A stretch of 64,000 nt of DNA from a virus (lineage: Duplodnaviria; Caudoviricetes), in IMG/VR virus record IMGVR_UViG_3300050343_000159; one strand, 5' to 3'. Of the stretch, positions 9,705 to 18,699 are shown piece by piece; position 1 is the stretch's first letter; every line of letters begins with the position of its first letter. The notes below the pieces were generated by a model that was not told where the DNA came from, ran no database searches, and saw only the letters and a list, made by a program, of their open reading frames with translations. The translations under genes and the position numbers were made by a program.

Positions 9705-11138
9705 ATGGCGATATCCAACGCTGTAAACTTAGCCAACATAAGTTCTAAAGACACACTTAATGTTGATAGTGTAAATAATAGAGTTGGTATTGCTAGTACA
9801 ACACCAACAGAAGCATTAACTGTTGTTGGTGTTGTAAGTGCCACATCATTCTTTGGTGACGGTTCCAACCTTGAAGGAGTTTCAAGTGCTGGACTGGGTA
9901 CAGCAATTGCTGATACTCTTCCTGGTAGTGTTATCTACTATACTGATAATACACTATCAATTAGTGATACATTTACAGTAGATGCACCTTCAAATGTAGC
10001 CTACACACAATATGCAGAAATTGCTGTTGAAGAAAATAAAGATCTAATTATCGCTGATGGTGATGATTTTATTCCTGATATTCTAGGATTATCAACAGAA
10101 GGTAGTGCACTACTTGGTGGTGCTGGTGGTAGAGTTCGTGCAGATAACTTTACTAATAAAGCAGGCAATGGTGCACCAAACTTTCCTTCTGGTTTAAGTG
10201 GTACTACAGGAACCTTTAGTGGTTCTGTATCAGTTGGTGGAACAATTACCTATGAAGATGTAACTAATGTTGATTCTGTTGGTATTGTAACCGCACGAAC
10301 AGGAATTAAAGTTCTTGCTGGTGGTATTAATGCTGTTGGGTTAGTAACTGGAACAGCATTTGTAGGATATGATTATCTACAAGCACCTTTTAGTACTACA
10401 GTAAACTTTGCTGTAACAGTAGCTTCCAAGACCGCAGCACACAGATATAATGGATCTGGTAGTGGTAGTGGATATGTAATTGATGGAGTACAATCTCCGT
10501 TCCTTACATTGACACCAGGTAGAACTTACAGATTTACTCTAAGTTCAAGTGACATGTCTAGTCACCCATTCAGATTCTATCTTGAGGCAGATAAAACTAC
10601 AGCATATACCACGAATGTTACTTCTACAGCAACATATACTGAGATTGTTGTAACTGACACTACCCCAGCTGTTCTTCATTATCAGTGTTCTGCCCACTCT
10701 CTGATGGGTAATTCTGTTAATACAAACTCTGGTGCAATCATCACAGGTGAGACAGCAACATTCTATGGTGGACTTGCTGAGAAATATGAAAACGCGGGAA
10801 CAACTCTTGGATCACAACCAAACAATCCATTATCAGATGGTAATGTAATTCTATTCACTGGTAATGAATCAGGAAATAAAACAATTAACTTCACTGGTGT
10901 TCATGCCACACTATCAAATGGTGAAACTGTTTCCTTTACTGCTATCCTCTCACCAAATGGATCTGGTGTAATCAATGTGGTACAGGTTGATGGGCAAGCA
11001 ATAACAGTTAAGTGGGCTGGTGGTTCTGCACCTTCTGCTGGTTCTGCTGGACAAGACATATATACATTCCAGATTTTGAAGACTGGAACTGGCACATCAG
11101 ATTACACCGTATTTGGTGCTGCTACTAATTACGCTTGA
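9705..11138 (+). CDS. Tail-fibre shaft protein with a cupredoxin-like insert (pair 2)
   Basis: RVGIASTTPT, YEDVTNVDSVG and an HPFRF...YQCSAHSLMG segment. C-terminal VKWAGGSAP...DIYTFQILKT domain. Confidence 0.7.
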   Translation: MAISNAVNLANISSKDTLNVDSVNNRVGIASTTPTEALTVVGVVSATSFFGDGSNLEGVSSAGLGTAIADTLPGSVIYYTDNTLSISDTFTVDAPSNVAYTQYAEIAVEENKDLIIADGDDFIPDILGLSTEGSALLGGAGGRVRADNFTNKAGNGAPNFPSGLSGTTGTFSGSVSVGGTITYEDVTNVDSVGIVTARTGIKVLAGGINAVGLVTGTAFVGYDYLQAPFSTTVNFAVTVASKTAAHRYNGSGSGSGYVIDGVQSPFLTLTPGRTYRFTLSSSDMSSHPFRFYLEADKTTAYTTNVTSTATYTEIVVTDTTPAVLHYQCSAHSLMGNSVNTNSGAIITGETATFYGGLAEKYENAGTTLGSQPNNPLSDGNVILFTGNESGNKTINFTGVHATLSNGETVSFTAILSPNGSGVINVVQVDGQAITVKWAGGSAPSAGSAGQDIYTFQILKTGTGTSDYTVFGAATNYA

Positions 11139-11151
11139 TAGGAGAAACTAA

Positions 11152-13125
11152 ATGTTAGTAACAACTAAAAAAGAAAAACCTCTTCTAGGACTACAAGGTT
11201 CTGGTGGAGGACTTGCTTATCTTGCAGGTTTATCAGGCGGAGACAAGACATACGTTGATGATGTTTTTGGTACGTTTTTGTATGAAGGCGATGCAGTTGG
11301 TGGCGGAGATACTCAAACAATCAATAACGGAATTGATTTAGCTGGTGAAGGTGGATTGGTGTGGATAAAAAGTCGGAGTGTTAGTGGCCGTGAACATATA
11401 TTAATTGACACTGAAAGAGGTGCTACAAAATACATATCGAGTAATCAAACGTCAGGAGAAAGCACTGGTTCAAACCATTTAAATCTTTTCAATAACAACG
11501 GTTTTAGGGTTGGTGGCGACAGCACCGTAAATGAAAACAATCAAGACTTTGTCTCCTGGTCATTCCGCAAAGCGCCTGGTTTCTTTGATGTAGTTACTTA
11601 TACGGGAAATGGTGCTTCTGGATTACGAGCTATAAACCATAATCTTGGAAGTACTCCAGCATTTATTATAGTTAAGTACCTTGATGGGGGGTCTCAGTGG
11701 TACTGCTGGCACAAAAATTTAACTTCAAAAAACTATTACATCCTGTTAAATGGTTCTGGCGCTCAGGGTAATGCAGGCACGCAAGTTTGGGAGGCAACAG
11801 ATACGACATTTTCAATTCACTCCGGTGTAGCAGGAAATGGTGTTGGCGAAAACTACGTCGCCTATCTATTTGCTGATAACGACGCATCGTTTGGCACTGG
11901 TGGTGATGAAAGCATTATTAAATGTGGGACGTATGCTGGTAATGGAACTGCTACAACAGTTGACATTGGGTTTGAACCTCAATGGGTATTAGTAAAAGCT
12001 TCTGACGCTAATTATGGCTGGGCAATGTTAGATAACATGCGTGGCATAGTTACTGGAACTGCCGATGACCGTTTCTTGTCTGCCAACAGTTCTGATGAAG
12101 AGCAAGGTCAGGACATGTTGGACCTGACTGCCACTGGTTTTATAGCAAAGGCCAATTCAAATACTAACGCAAATAATAAAAACTACATCTACATGGCAAT
12201 CCGGCGTCCGCATAAACCGCCTGAATCTGCAACGGAAGTGTTTAGTCCGGTAAGGCCAAGTTCTTCTGGAACTTTAACTGCGACATCTGGGTTTGCTACT
12301 GATTGGTCTATTATTAAAAGTCCGCTCAGTGGCGGTGCAACTTACGCTGGTACAAGGCTTACCGGAGGTGGAACTCTAACGCCACATTCCACTGCTGCTG
12401 AATGGACTGTAGGTTTTAGTTGGGACTTTATGGATAAAGCTACCATTGCAGGTAGTGGAGACTACTCGTCTTGGATTGCATGGAATTTCAAACGTGCCCC
12501 AGGTTTCTTTGATGTAGTTGCATATACGGGCACAGGATCAGTAACAACGATAAATCATAACCTTGGCGTTGTACCTTCTGTAGTGCTTATTAAAGGAAGA
12601 AACACAACATATAGTTGGTATTGGCAACATTATGCATTAGGCGCAAACACTTGGATGCAATTAAACAATCAAGAAGCTGGCGCAGGAAATGGAAATATAT
12701 TTAACGACACTTTACCAACAAGCAGTGTTTTCAGTGTTGGGAGTTTGGCAGGTACTAATGGAAGTGGTAATACTTACATAGCTTACCTTTTTGGTGATTT
12801 ACCCGGAATATCTAAAGCCGGAACTTACACTGGTACTGGCAGCAACATTAACGTTGATTGTGGATTTACTGCAGGCGCACGTTTTGTACTAATTAAAAGA
12901 AAGGATGGCTCTGGCGGGGCAAACGTAGGTGATTGGTACGTTTGGGACTCAATCCGTGGCATCGTAAGTGGTAATGATCCTTACTTGCTTTTAAATAGCT
13001 CTGCAGCACAAGTAACAAATACTGATTACATTGATCCGTTGAGTTCTGGGTTTACAGTAACCTCATCTGCCCCTGCTGCTCTTAACGCTAGTGGCGGCAC
13101 CTACTTGTTCCTTGCAATCGCTTAA
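11152..13125 (+). CDS. Putative fibre tip/adhesin with repeated GFFDVVxYTGxG...HNLG..P modules (pair 2 tip)
   Basis: 657 aa ORF with internal repeats. Paralogous to 13891-15897; both end LNASGGTYxFLAIA. Confidence 0.6.
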   Translation: MLVTTKKEKPLLGLQGSGGGLAYLAGLSGGDKTYVDDVFGTFLYEGDAVGGGDTQTINNGIDLAGEGGLVWIKSRSVSGREHILIDTERGATKYISSNQTSGESTGSNHLNLFNNNGFRVGGDSTVNENNQDFVSWSFRKAPGFFDVVTYTGNGASGLRAINHNLGSTPAFIIVKYLDGGSQWYCWHKNLTSKNYYILLNGSGAQGNAGTQVWEATDTTFSIHSGVAGNGVGENYVAYLFADNDASFGTGGDESIIKCGTYAGNGTATTVDIGFEPQWVLVKASDANYGWAMLDNMRGIVTGTADDRFLSANSSDEEQGQDMLDLTATGFIAKANSNTNANNKNYIYMAIRRPHKPPESATEVFSPVRPSSSGTLTATSGFATDWSIIKSPLSGGATYAGTRLTGGGTLTPHSTAAEWTVGFSWDFMDKATIAGSGDYSSWIAWNFKRAPGFFDVVAYTGTGSVTTINHNLGVVPSVVLIKGRNTTYSWYWQHYALGANTWMQLNNQEAGAGNGNIFNDTLPTSSVFSVGSLAGTNGSGNTYIAYLFGDLPGISKAGTYTGTGSNINVDCGFTAGARFVLIKRKDGSGGANVGDWYVWDSIRGIVSGNDPYLLLNSSAAQVTNTDYIDPLSSGFTVTSSAPAALNASGGTYLFLAIA

Positions 13126-13179
13126 CACAACCTGAAATATCTCTCATTAATATTGGTTATCCATCATAGCCAAATAATA

Positions 13180-13195
13180 TATAAATAACTAAAAA
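13180..13195 (+). promoter_or_regulatory. T4-type late promoter
   Basis: TATAAATAACTAAAAA upstream of 13206. Confidence 0.75.
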
Positions 13196-13205
13196 TCATA
13201 AAGCT

Positions 13206-13878
13206 ATGTCGAGAGTTAGAGCTGATAGATTAACCAATAGGGCAGGTACTGGAGCTCCAACTTTTCCTAATGGAGTTAATGTTGTTGGTCTTGTAAGTGC
13301 CACAACACTTTCTGGTAACCTGACTGGTAATGCATCAGGATTGACCGGAACACCAAATATTGTAGTTGGTTCTGTCACAGGAACCACAGGAACCTTTAGT
13401 GGTTCTGTATCAGTTGGTGGGACAATTACCTATGAAGATGTAACTAATGTTGATTCTGTTGGTATTATTACTGCCAGATCAGGTGTTGACCTGAATGGAA
13501 CTTTAAGAGAGAAAGTTAATGTAACTGCTGGTAAGTTGAGTGATAATCTCAACATTGACCTTGCTAATGGTATGATTCATTTGTTTACCACAGCAGAATC
13601 AACAACATCAACACCAAATATTAGAGTAAATGGATCGACATCACTGAATAATGTGATGGCATTGGGAAAGTGTAGTCGTAACACTTGTCACAACTGCAAA
13701 TGCTGCAGCATACTCGGCAAATATGACAATTGATGGTGGTGCAGTAACTGAGCACTGGATTGGTGGTAGTGCTCCATCAGGTGGTGGAAGTTCGGGATTC
13801 GACGTTCATACTTTTACCATTATTAAACGTGCTAATGCTGATTTTACCGTACTTGCTAATCATAGCAAGACTTCTTGA
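13206..13878 (+). CDS. Short tail-fibre shaft protein (pair 3; frameshift near 13670)
   Basis: MSRVRADRLTNRAGTGAPTFP start and YEDVTNVDSVG motif. The shifted frame continues ...HWIGGSAPSGGGSSGFDVHTFTIIKRANADFTVLANHSKTS* to TGA 13876-13878, like the C-terminus of 9705-11138. Confidence 0.65.
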
Positions 13879-13890
13879 GGAGGATAAATC

Positions 13891-15897
13891 ATGAAAGAAC
13901 AACATAAAAAAGAATCACCAGTCCTTTCTTTACTTGGAATGGGTGGTGGAGGAACTGGAACTGCTTTAGGTGGTCTTACATTACCAAAAAAGTATGTTGA
14001 TGATGTTTTTGGTACGTTTTTGTATGAGGGCACAGGAAGTGCACGGACAATTAATAATGGAATTGATTTAGCTGGTGAAGGTGGGTTGGTTTGGACAAAG
14101 GCTAGGTCAACAACTATCTGGAATCATATTGCCGACACTGAAAGAGGAGCAGGTCAAACCCTTTATACAAATAATACTGATGCAAGCGGTGGGCCAAATA
14201 GTAACATAAGTGCATTTAATTCAAACGGGTTTACGGTAGGAGCTAATACAACTAATCAGAATGGAGAGGATTTTGTCTCTTGGACATTTCGCAAAGCGCC
14301 TGGTTTCTTTGATATAGTTACTTATACGGGAAATCAAACAACAAGAACCATCGCACATAATTTAGGTAGTGTGCCTGGCATGGTGGTTGTTAAGAAGACA
14401 AGCGGTAGTGGAAGCTGGGAGGTCTATCATAGATCTACAGGAAACGAAAAGACTCTGAGATTAAACTCAAGTAACGCACAAGCAGGTACTACAGCGTGGA
14501 ATGACACAACGCCTACTTCTACTCATTTCACACTTTCATCGTCTACTGATGTTAATGAGACTGGATCAACTTACATCGCCTACATCTTTGCTCATGACGA
14601 TCAATCGTTTGGCACTGATGGTGATGAAAGCATTATTAAATGTGGGAGTTATACTGGTAATGGAAGTGCAACTGGACCAACAATTGATTTAGGATTTGAG
14701 CCTCAGTGGGTAATTTTAAAACCCAGTTCTGGTTCTGGACAATGGCAGGTATATGACACTATGCGTGGGTGGACAGATGGAGGGAAGGATAAAATTTTGT
14801 ATGCAAACCTATCTGATGCTGAGGATGATACAAATACTGATATGATCAAACCATTCAGCACAGGTTTTCAACTTACTGCTAACTTTACTGGCAACAGCAG
14901 TGGAGTTACATACATCTACATGGCAATGCGTCGTCCGCATAAGCCGCCTGAAGCTGCAATAAATGTGTTTGATGATGTTGCTTACACTGGCACTGGAAAT
15001 CCAAACACTGTGCCATTTTCTCCCGCATTTGCAGATCTAATTTGGATTAAAAATAGAGTATATGGATATCCCCATGTATTGGTTGACCGCTTGCGTGGAG
15101 ACATTAAGTATTTGTCAAGCGATGCTAATAGTTCTCAATTAACCCTTAATGTTAAGGATTCTGTTCTTTTTGACAAACAAGAATCGTTTAAAATTCCAGG
15201 TCCGGGATACTCCGGCGGACAAACAAATAACGGCAATGCTGGTTACAACTCCTATATTTCTTGGGTTTTCAAACGTGCCCCAGGCTTCTTTGATGTAGTT
15301 ACTTATGACGGGAATCAAGCACAAAATAGACAAGTACCTCATAATCTTGATGCAGTGCCTGAGATGATGCTTGTTAAGAGTAGAGACAGTTCTTATTACT
15401 GGGTAATTTATCACAAAGATATAGGCGCAGCGCATGAACTGAGGCTTCCTAATAACAATGGAAAATATGCTGCAAATAGTTGGTCAGAGAATCATACTGT
15501 ACCAACGGATAGTTATTTTGTTGTTGGAAATACTAATGTTGTAAATGATAGTTCTGACAATTTTATAGCCTACCTATTCGCCAGCCTACCCGGCATCAGT
15601 AAAGTAGGTAGTTATACTGGAACTGGTAACGCAATTAACGTCCCTTGTGGATTTACTAATGGTGCTCGATTTGTATTAATCAAACGAGCAGACAGCTCTG
15701 GTGATTGGTACCTTTGGGACACAGCTCGTGGCATCGTAAGTGGCAATGATCCGTATATTCTTTTAAATAGTACTGCAGTGGAAGTAACAAACACCGATTA
15801 TGTTGATCCGCTTACTTCAGGATTTACAGTTACTGCATCAGCCCCTGCTGCTCTTAATGCAAGTGGCGGCACCTACATCTTCCTCGCAATCGCTTAA
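13891..15897 (+). CDS. Putative fibre tip/adhesin, paralogue of 11152-13125 (pair 3 tip)
   Basis: KKESPVLSLLGMGGGG start and the same internal modules and C-terminus as 11152-13125. GGAGG Shine-Dalgarno upstream. Confidence 0.6.
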   Translation: MKEQHKKESPVLSLLGMGGGGTGTALGGLTLPKKYVDDVFGTFLYEGTGSARTINNGIDLAGEGGLVWTKARSTTIWNHIADTERGAGQTLYTNNTDASGGPNSNISAFNSNGFTVGANTTNQNGEDFVSWTFRKAPGFFDIVTYTGNQTTRTIAHNLGSVPGMVVVKKTSGSGSWEVYHRSTGNEKTLRLNSSNAQAGTTAWNDTTPTSTHFTLSSSTDVNETGSTYIAYIFAHDDQSFGTDGDESIIKCGSYTGNGSATGPTIDLGFEPQWVILKPSSGSGQWQVYDTMRGWTDGGKDKILYANLSDAEDDTNTDMIKPFSTGFQLTANFTGNSSGVTYIYMAMRRPHKPPEAAINVFDDVAYTGTGNPNTVPFSPAFADLIWIKNRVYGYPHVLVDRLRGDIKYLSSDANSSQLTLNVKDSVLFDKQESFKIPGPGYSGGQTNNGNAGYNSYISWVFKRAPGFFDVVTYDGNQAQNRQVPHNLDAVPEMMLVKSRDSSYYWVIYHKDIGAAHELRLPNNNGKYAANSWSENHTVPTDSYFVVGNTNVVNDSSDNFIAYLFASLPGISKVGSYTGTGNAINVPCGFTNGARFVLIKRADSSGDWYLWDTARGIVSGNDPYILLNSTAVEVTNTDYVDPLTSGFTVTASAPAALNASGGTYIFLAIA

Positions 15898-15952
15898 TCA
15901 TGATATAGAGTGGACTGAAGAACCAACCACTTTATAAACTGAACACTTGACA

Positions 15953-15979
15953 CCTCACTCAAACCGAGTGGGGTTTATT
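15953..15979 (+). terminator. Probable intrinsic terminator closing the fibre island
   Basis: CCTCACTC-AAACC-GAGTGGGG hairpin followed by TTTATT, 55 nt after the last fibre gene. Confidence 0.5.
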
Positions 15980-16003
15980 ATTGCCTATACATATACACGA
16001 CCC

Positions 16004-16108
16004 ATGAAGTATACGGGAATAGAAAAACTAATATTTCTATTCTCAACCATATGGTTACTTCATTGGGGAGTTAGATTAACACAGGTGGGCATCAATGCAC
16101 TCTATTGA
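16004..16108 (+). CDS. Small hydrophobic hypothetical protein (34 aa)
   Basis: Hand translation MKYTGIEKLIFLFSTIWLLHWGVRLTQVGINALY*; overlaps the start of the next gene. Confidence 0.45.
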   Translation: MKYTGIEKLIFLFSTIWLLHWGVRLTQVGINALY

Positions 16109-16421
16109 ACTAGAAGGTTGCAGAGAGACTGCAGAACCAGTAGTTACCTGGTTTATGAAGGAATATCTCTCTGATGCTCTCTTCTTCCTTGTAGTGGAAG
16201 AGAAAGACCTCTCAGAGGAATGTGTAGATGGGTGGTGTGTGAGAGAAACACAGAATGAGTTTCTAATACAACTCCATAAAGGTCTTGGTGATAATTACAT
16301 CAGTGTTCTTCTTCATGAACTACATCATATGTGGCAATATTATCATGATTTACCAAGAGATGAAGAAGAAACGTTAAGAGAAGAACTGAGGTTGCTTAAC
16401 AACTATAATCAAAACCACTAG
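16095..16421 (+). CDS. Small HEXXH (zincin-like) protein
   Basis: LLHELHHMWQY motif preceded by DGWC...FLIQL, as in SprT/IrrE-like phage proteins. Confidence 0.55.
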   Translation: MHSIELEGCRETAEPVVTWFMKEYLSDALFFLVVEEKDLSEECVDGWCVRETQNEFLIQLHKGLGDNYISVLLHELHHMWQYYHDLPRDEEETLREELRLLNNYNQNH

Positions 16422-16461
16422 AATAGGTTTGTTACCGATAAAGGGTAAGCGCTAAGTTACT

Positions 16462-16686
16462 ATGAGACACTTTGACGAATATGGAAGAATGATGGGGAGT
16501 GTTCTGGTAGTCACAGCATATTTTGTGATACTTCATGTGTCTCAAGGATATGGAGTCACTATCAACCTGATAGCTGACACTATTTCAATTCCTTACTTTA
16601 TTAGGACAAAGACTTGGGATGTGGTAGTATTATTAGCATTCATGATCACAATTTCAACATCATCACTAATGTTAGGAGAACTATGA
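16462..16686 (+). CDS. Small membrane hypothetical protein
   Basis: 74 aa with several hydrophobic segments. Confidence 0.55.
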   Translation: MRHFDEYGRMMGSVLVVTAYFVILHVSQGYGVTINLIADTISIPYFIRTKTWDVVVLLAFMITISTSSLMLGEL

Positions 16687-17003
16687 ATTACGACGAAACA
16701 TGGGAAGCAATGAGCAACCTAGAAGATGCCTTCAATCAGATCACACCATTTTCAAATATGTTAGATCAGTTACAAGAGGCAGTCGATCGTGATGATAGGC
16801 AATCAATCGTAGATCTCACAGCTGCATTGAATGCTTATGTTCCTGTATACATTGCACAATATGATAAGGCAAGTAAGAGAGCCTGGAACAAAACAGTAAG
16901 GTCATTCCCAAGAAAGAGTAACTACAATGAGAACCTAAACTATGAGGATATCAAGAAAGGTTTAGAGTCTGAACCTTACACTCCTATTCATCATCCTGTA
17001 TAA
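16683..17003 (+). CDS. Hypothetical protein
   Basis: MNYDETWEAMSNLEDAF...; ATG at 16683 overlaps the previous stop. Confidence 0.55.
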   Translation: MNYDETWEAMSNLEDAFNQITPFSNMLDQLQEAVDRDDRQSIVDLTAALNAYVPVYIAQYDKASKRAWNKTVRSFPRKSNYNENLNYEDIKKGLESEPYTPIHHPV

Positions 17004-17008
17004 TAGTC

Positions 17009-17176
17009 ATGTCATCCAGAACTGAACTCGTTGACTCTATGAACTACATTCGTAGGGTTATGTCACTCACTAGTGATAATGATTACTCACGTTACATTGT
17101 TAATCAACTAAATCCTGTCTACTATGAACTAGAACGTCAGGTAATGAGGATGGATGGTACATCAGTATACAAATAA
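17009..17176 (+). CDS. Hypothetical protein (55 aa)
   Basis: Hand translation MSSRTELVDSMNYIRRVMSL...YYELERQVMRMDGTSVYK*. Confidence 0.45.
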   Translation: MSSRTELVDSMNYIRRVMSLTSDNDYSRYIVNQLNPVYYELERQVMRMDGTSVYK

Positions 17177-17206
17177 ATATTTTTAAAGTTCTTTCATATC
17201 AAATCA

Positions 17207-17437
17207 ATGTCACAACCCCGTCAAAAGGATCCCTCTGATCCTCTCTATGACCCTAATGATAAGTACAATGAGTATAAGGTAGATCTTCATTGTAACGAAG
17301 AACATGCTCCTGATGAGTGGGATCCTGAAACAGAAGGTAAGATTTCTAATCCAGAAAATCGTCACCGTGATAAGATCCTAGATAAATTCTGTGATGATCA
17401 TCCAGGTTCCCCTATGTGTAAGGTATTCGATGACTGA
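17207..17437 (+). CDS. cp12: CP12-like protein (C-terminal CP12 motif, atypical N-terminus)
   Basis: Ends LDKFCDDHPGSPMCKVFDD*: a C-x8-C pair plus acidic VFDD terminus as in the CP12 C-terminal domain. Acidic, low-complexity 76 aa protein; ATAAATA upstream at 17173-17179. Confidence 0.6.
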   Translation: MSQPRQKDPSDPLYDPNDKYNEYKVDLHCNEEHAPDEWDPETEGKISNPENRHRDKILDKFCDDHPGSPMCKVFDD

Positions 17438-18553
17438 TAAACAAAGAGATGCTCTTACTCTTCTGATTGAGAGCATTCATAAACCAGATGCTAAACTTCG
17501 TGGTTGTGCACACAATCAAGAATGTTATAGTGAGTTGATGGAGTGGAGACAAAAAGTAATCACTATGTTACAAGAATATGAAAAGAGTTGAGTTTGTCTT
17601 TGAGACTGAGCAAACAGTCTTTGGTCAGTATGATATAATGTATCCACAGACCACTGATAAGAAAACAGTTAGGTCGTCTTTTGATGGTGATCAACCATTG
17701 AAAGAATACTTTAACCACTATGTGAGTTGGTTAGTTGAAGTTGGGTTCTCCAAAGAGGAAATCCACAAGCAAATGATGAACTATTGTGAATTTAAGGATG
17801 AAATTTCTACTTCAGTACGATAAACCCAAGAAAAAAGGTCGGTGGTCTCGTCAAAAGGCTACATTTTATGACATGAATGATCTTTTGCTCTTTAAAGAGT
17901 ATATACTGGAGACCGGTGGAAAAAACTACACCATCTCACCCGTTGATTGATTATGGAACTATTGATGCATCAATGTCCCGAGGGGTTTGAGTATACGATG
18001 GATGACTTCAACAAGACAACCAAACGTATCTGGATTACTAATCATACTCAGGAGTTTCAGTATCGTGAGGGTGCTGGTCCACCGAAATCTATCTGGGGTT
18101 TCTACAAACCAAAGTCCAAGAAGTATTATGCACCTATCAACTCCAAGAAGATAGGTAAAGAGGTTAAAATTGAACATACCTCACCCTATTCGGCGATGCC
18201 TCTGAACCTAAATCCTCTTATGTCGGCGTTTGCATAATATGGAAACTCGTAAGGACCGTATGGCTCATCCATACACACCACAAGTTGATGATTATGTGAA
18301 GTGGAATCGTTCAACCGGTGATGTTGACGAGGGGTGGATATACTTTGTTGATGAACTCTACATTACTATTGAGACCGGAGTTAGGGATAAACCTAACTGT
18401 GAGTATACTCAAGTTGAAAGACACAAAAAGATTCACACTCTAGTAGTATGTCACAACTTGTACTGGCATCAACTGGAGTATCTCAAAACCAGGAGACCTA
18501 ATGAGTCACGAAGAGATCAAATTAGCAACACCGACAAGGATGTTCACATTTGA
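17430..18553 (+). CDS. Cluster of overlapping small hypothetical genes (17430-17591, 17578-17823, 17798-17950, ~17953-18237, ~18239-18553)
   Basis: Consecutive + strand ORFs with overlapping or abutting start/stop codons and a plausible protein composition. Confidence 0.5.
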
Positions 18554-18699
18554 ACAACTATCAAGAGACATTGATAAAATCAATGACATTGAGGTGTTGA
18601 GAGACATGACCAAATCACATATCAAACTATATTTGAAGCAACAAGAAGTTGTTGCAAGTATGGGTTTGATGTAAAAACTACACTATCTAAATTATTAAC

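Noticed and set aside
324-15897. Diversity-generating retroelement acting on the fibre genes
   Set aside because: No reverse transcriptase in the window, and I saw no template/variable repeat pair differing only at adenines. Cannot be excluded for the rest of the genome.
15947-15981. TTGACA as the -35 of a sigma70 promoter
   Set aside because: No -10 hexamer at 16-18 nt spacing. The downstream sequence is better explained as a terminator hairpin.
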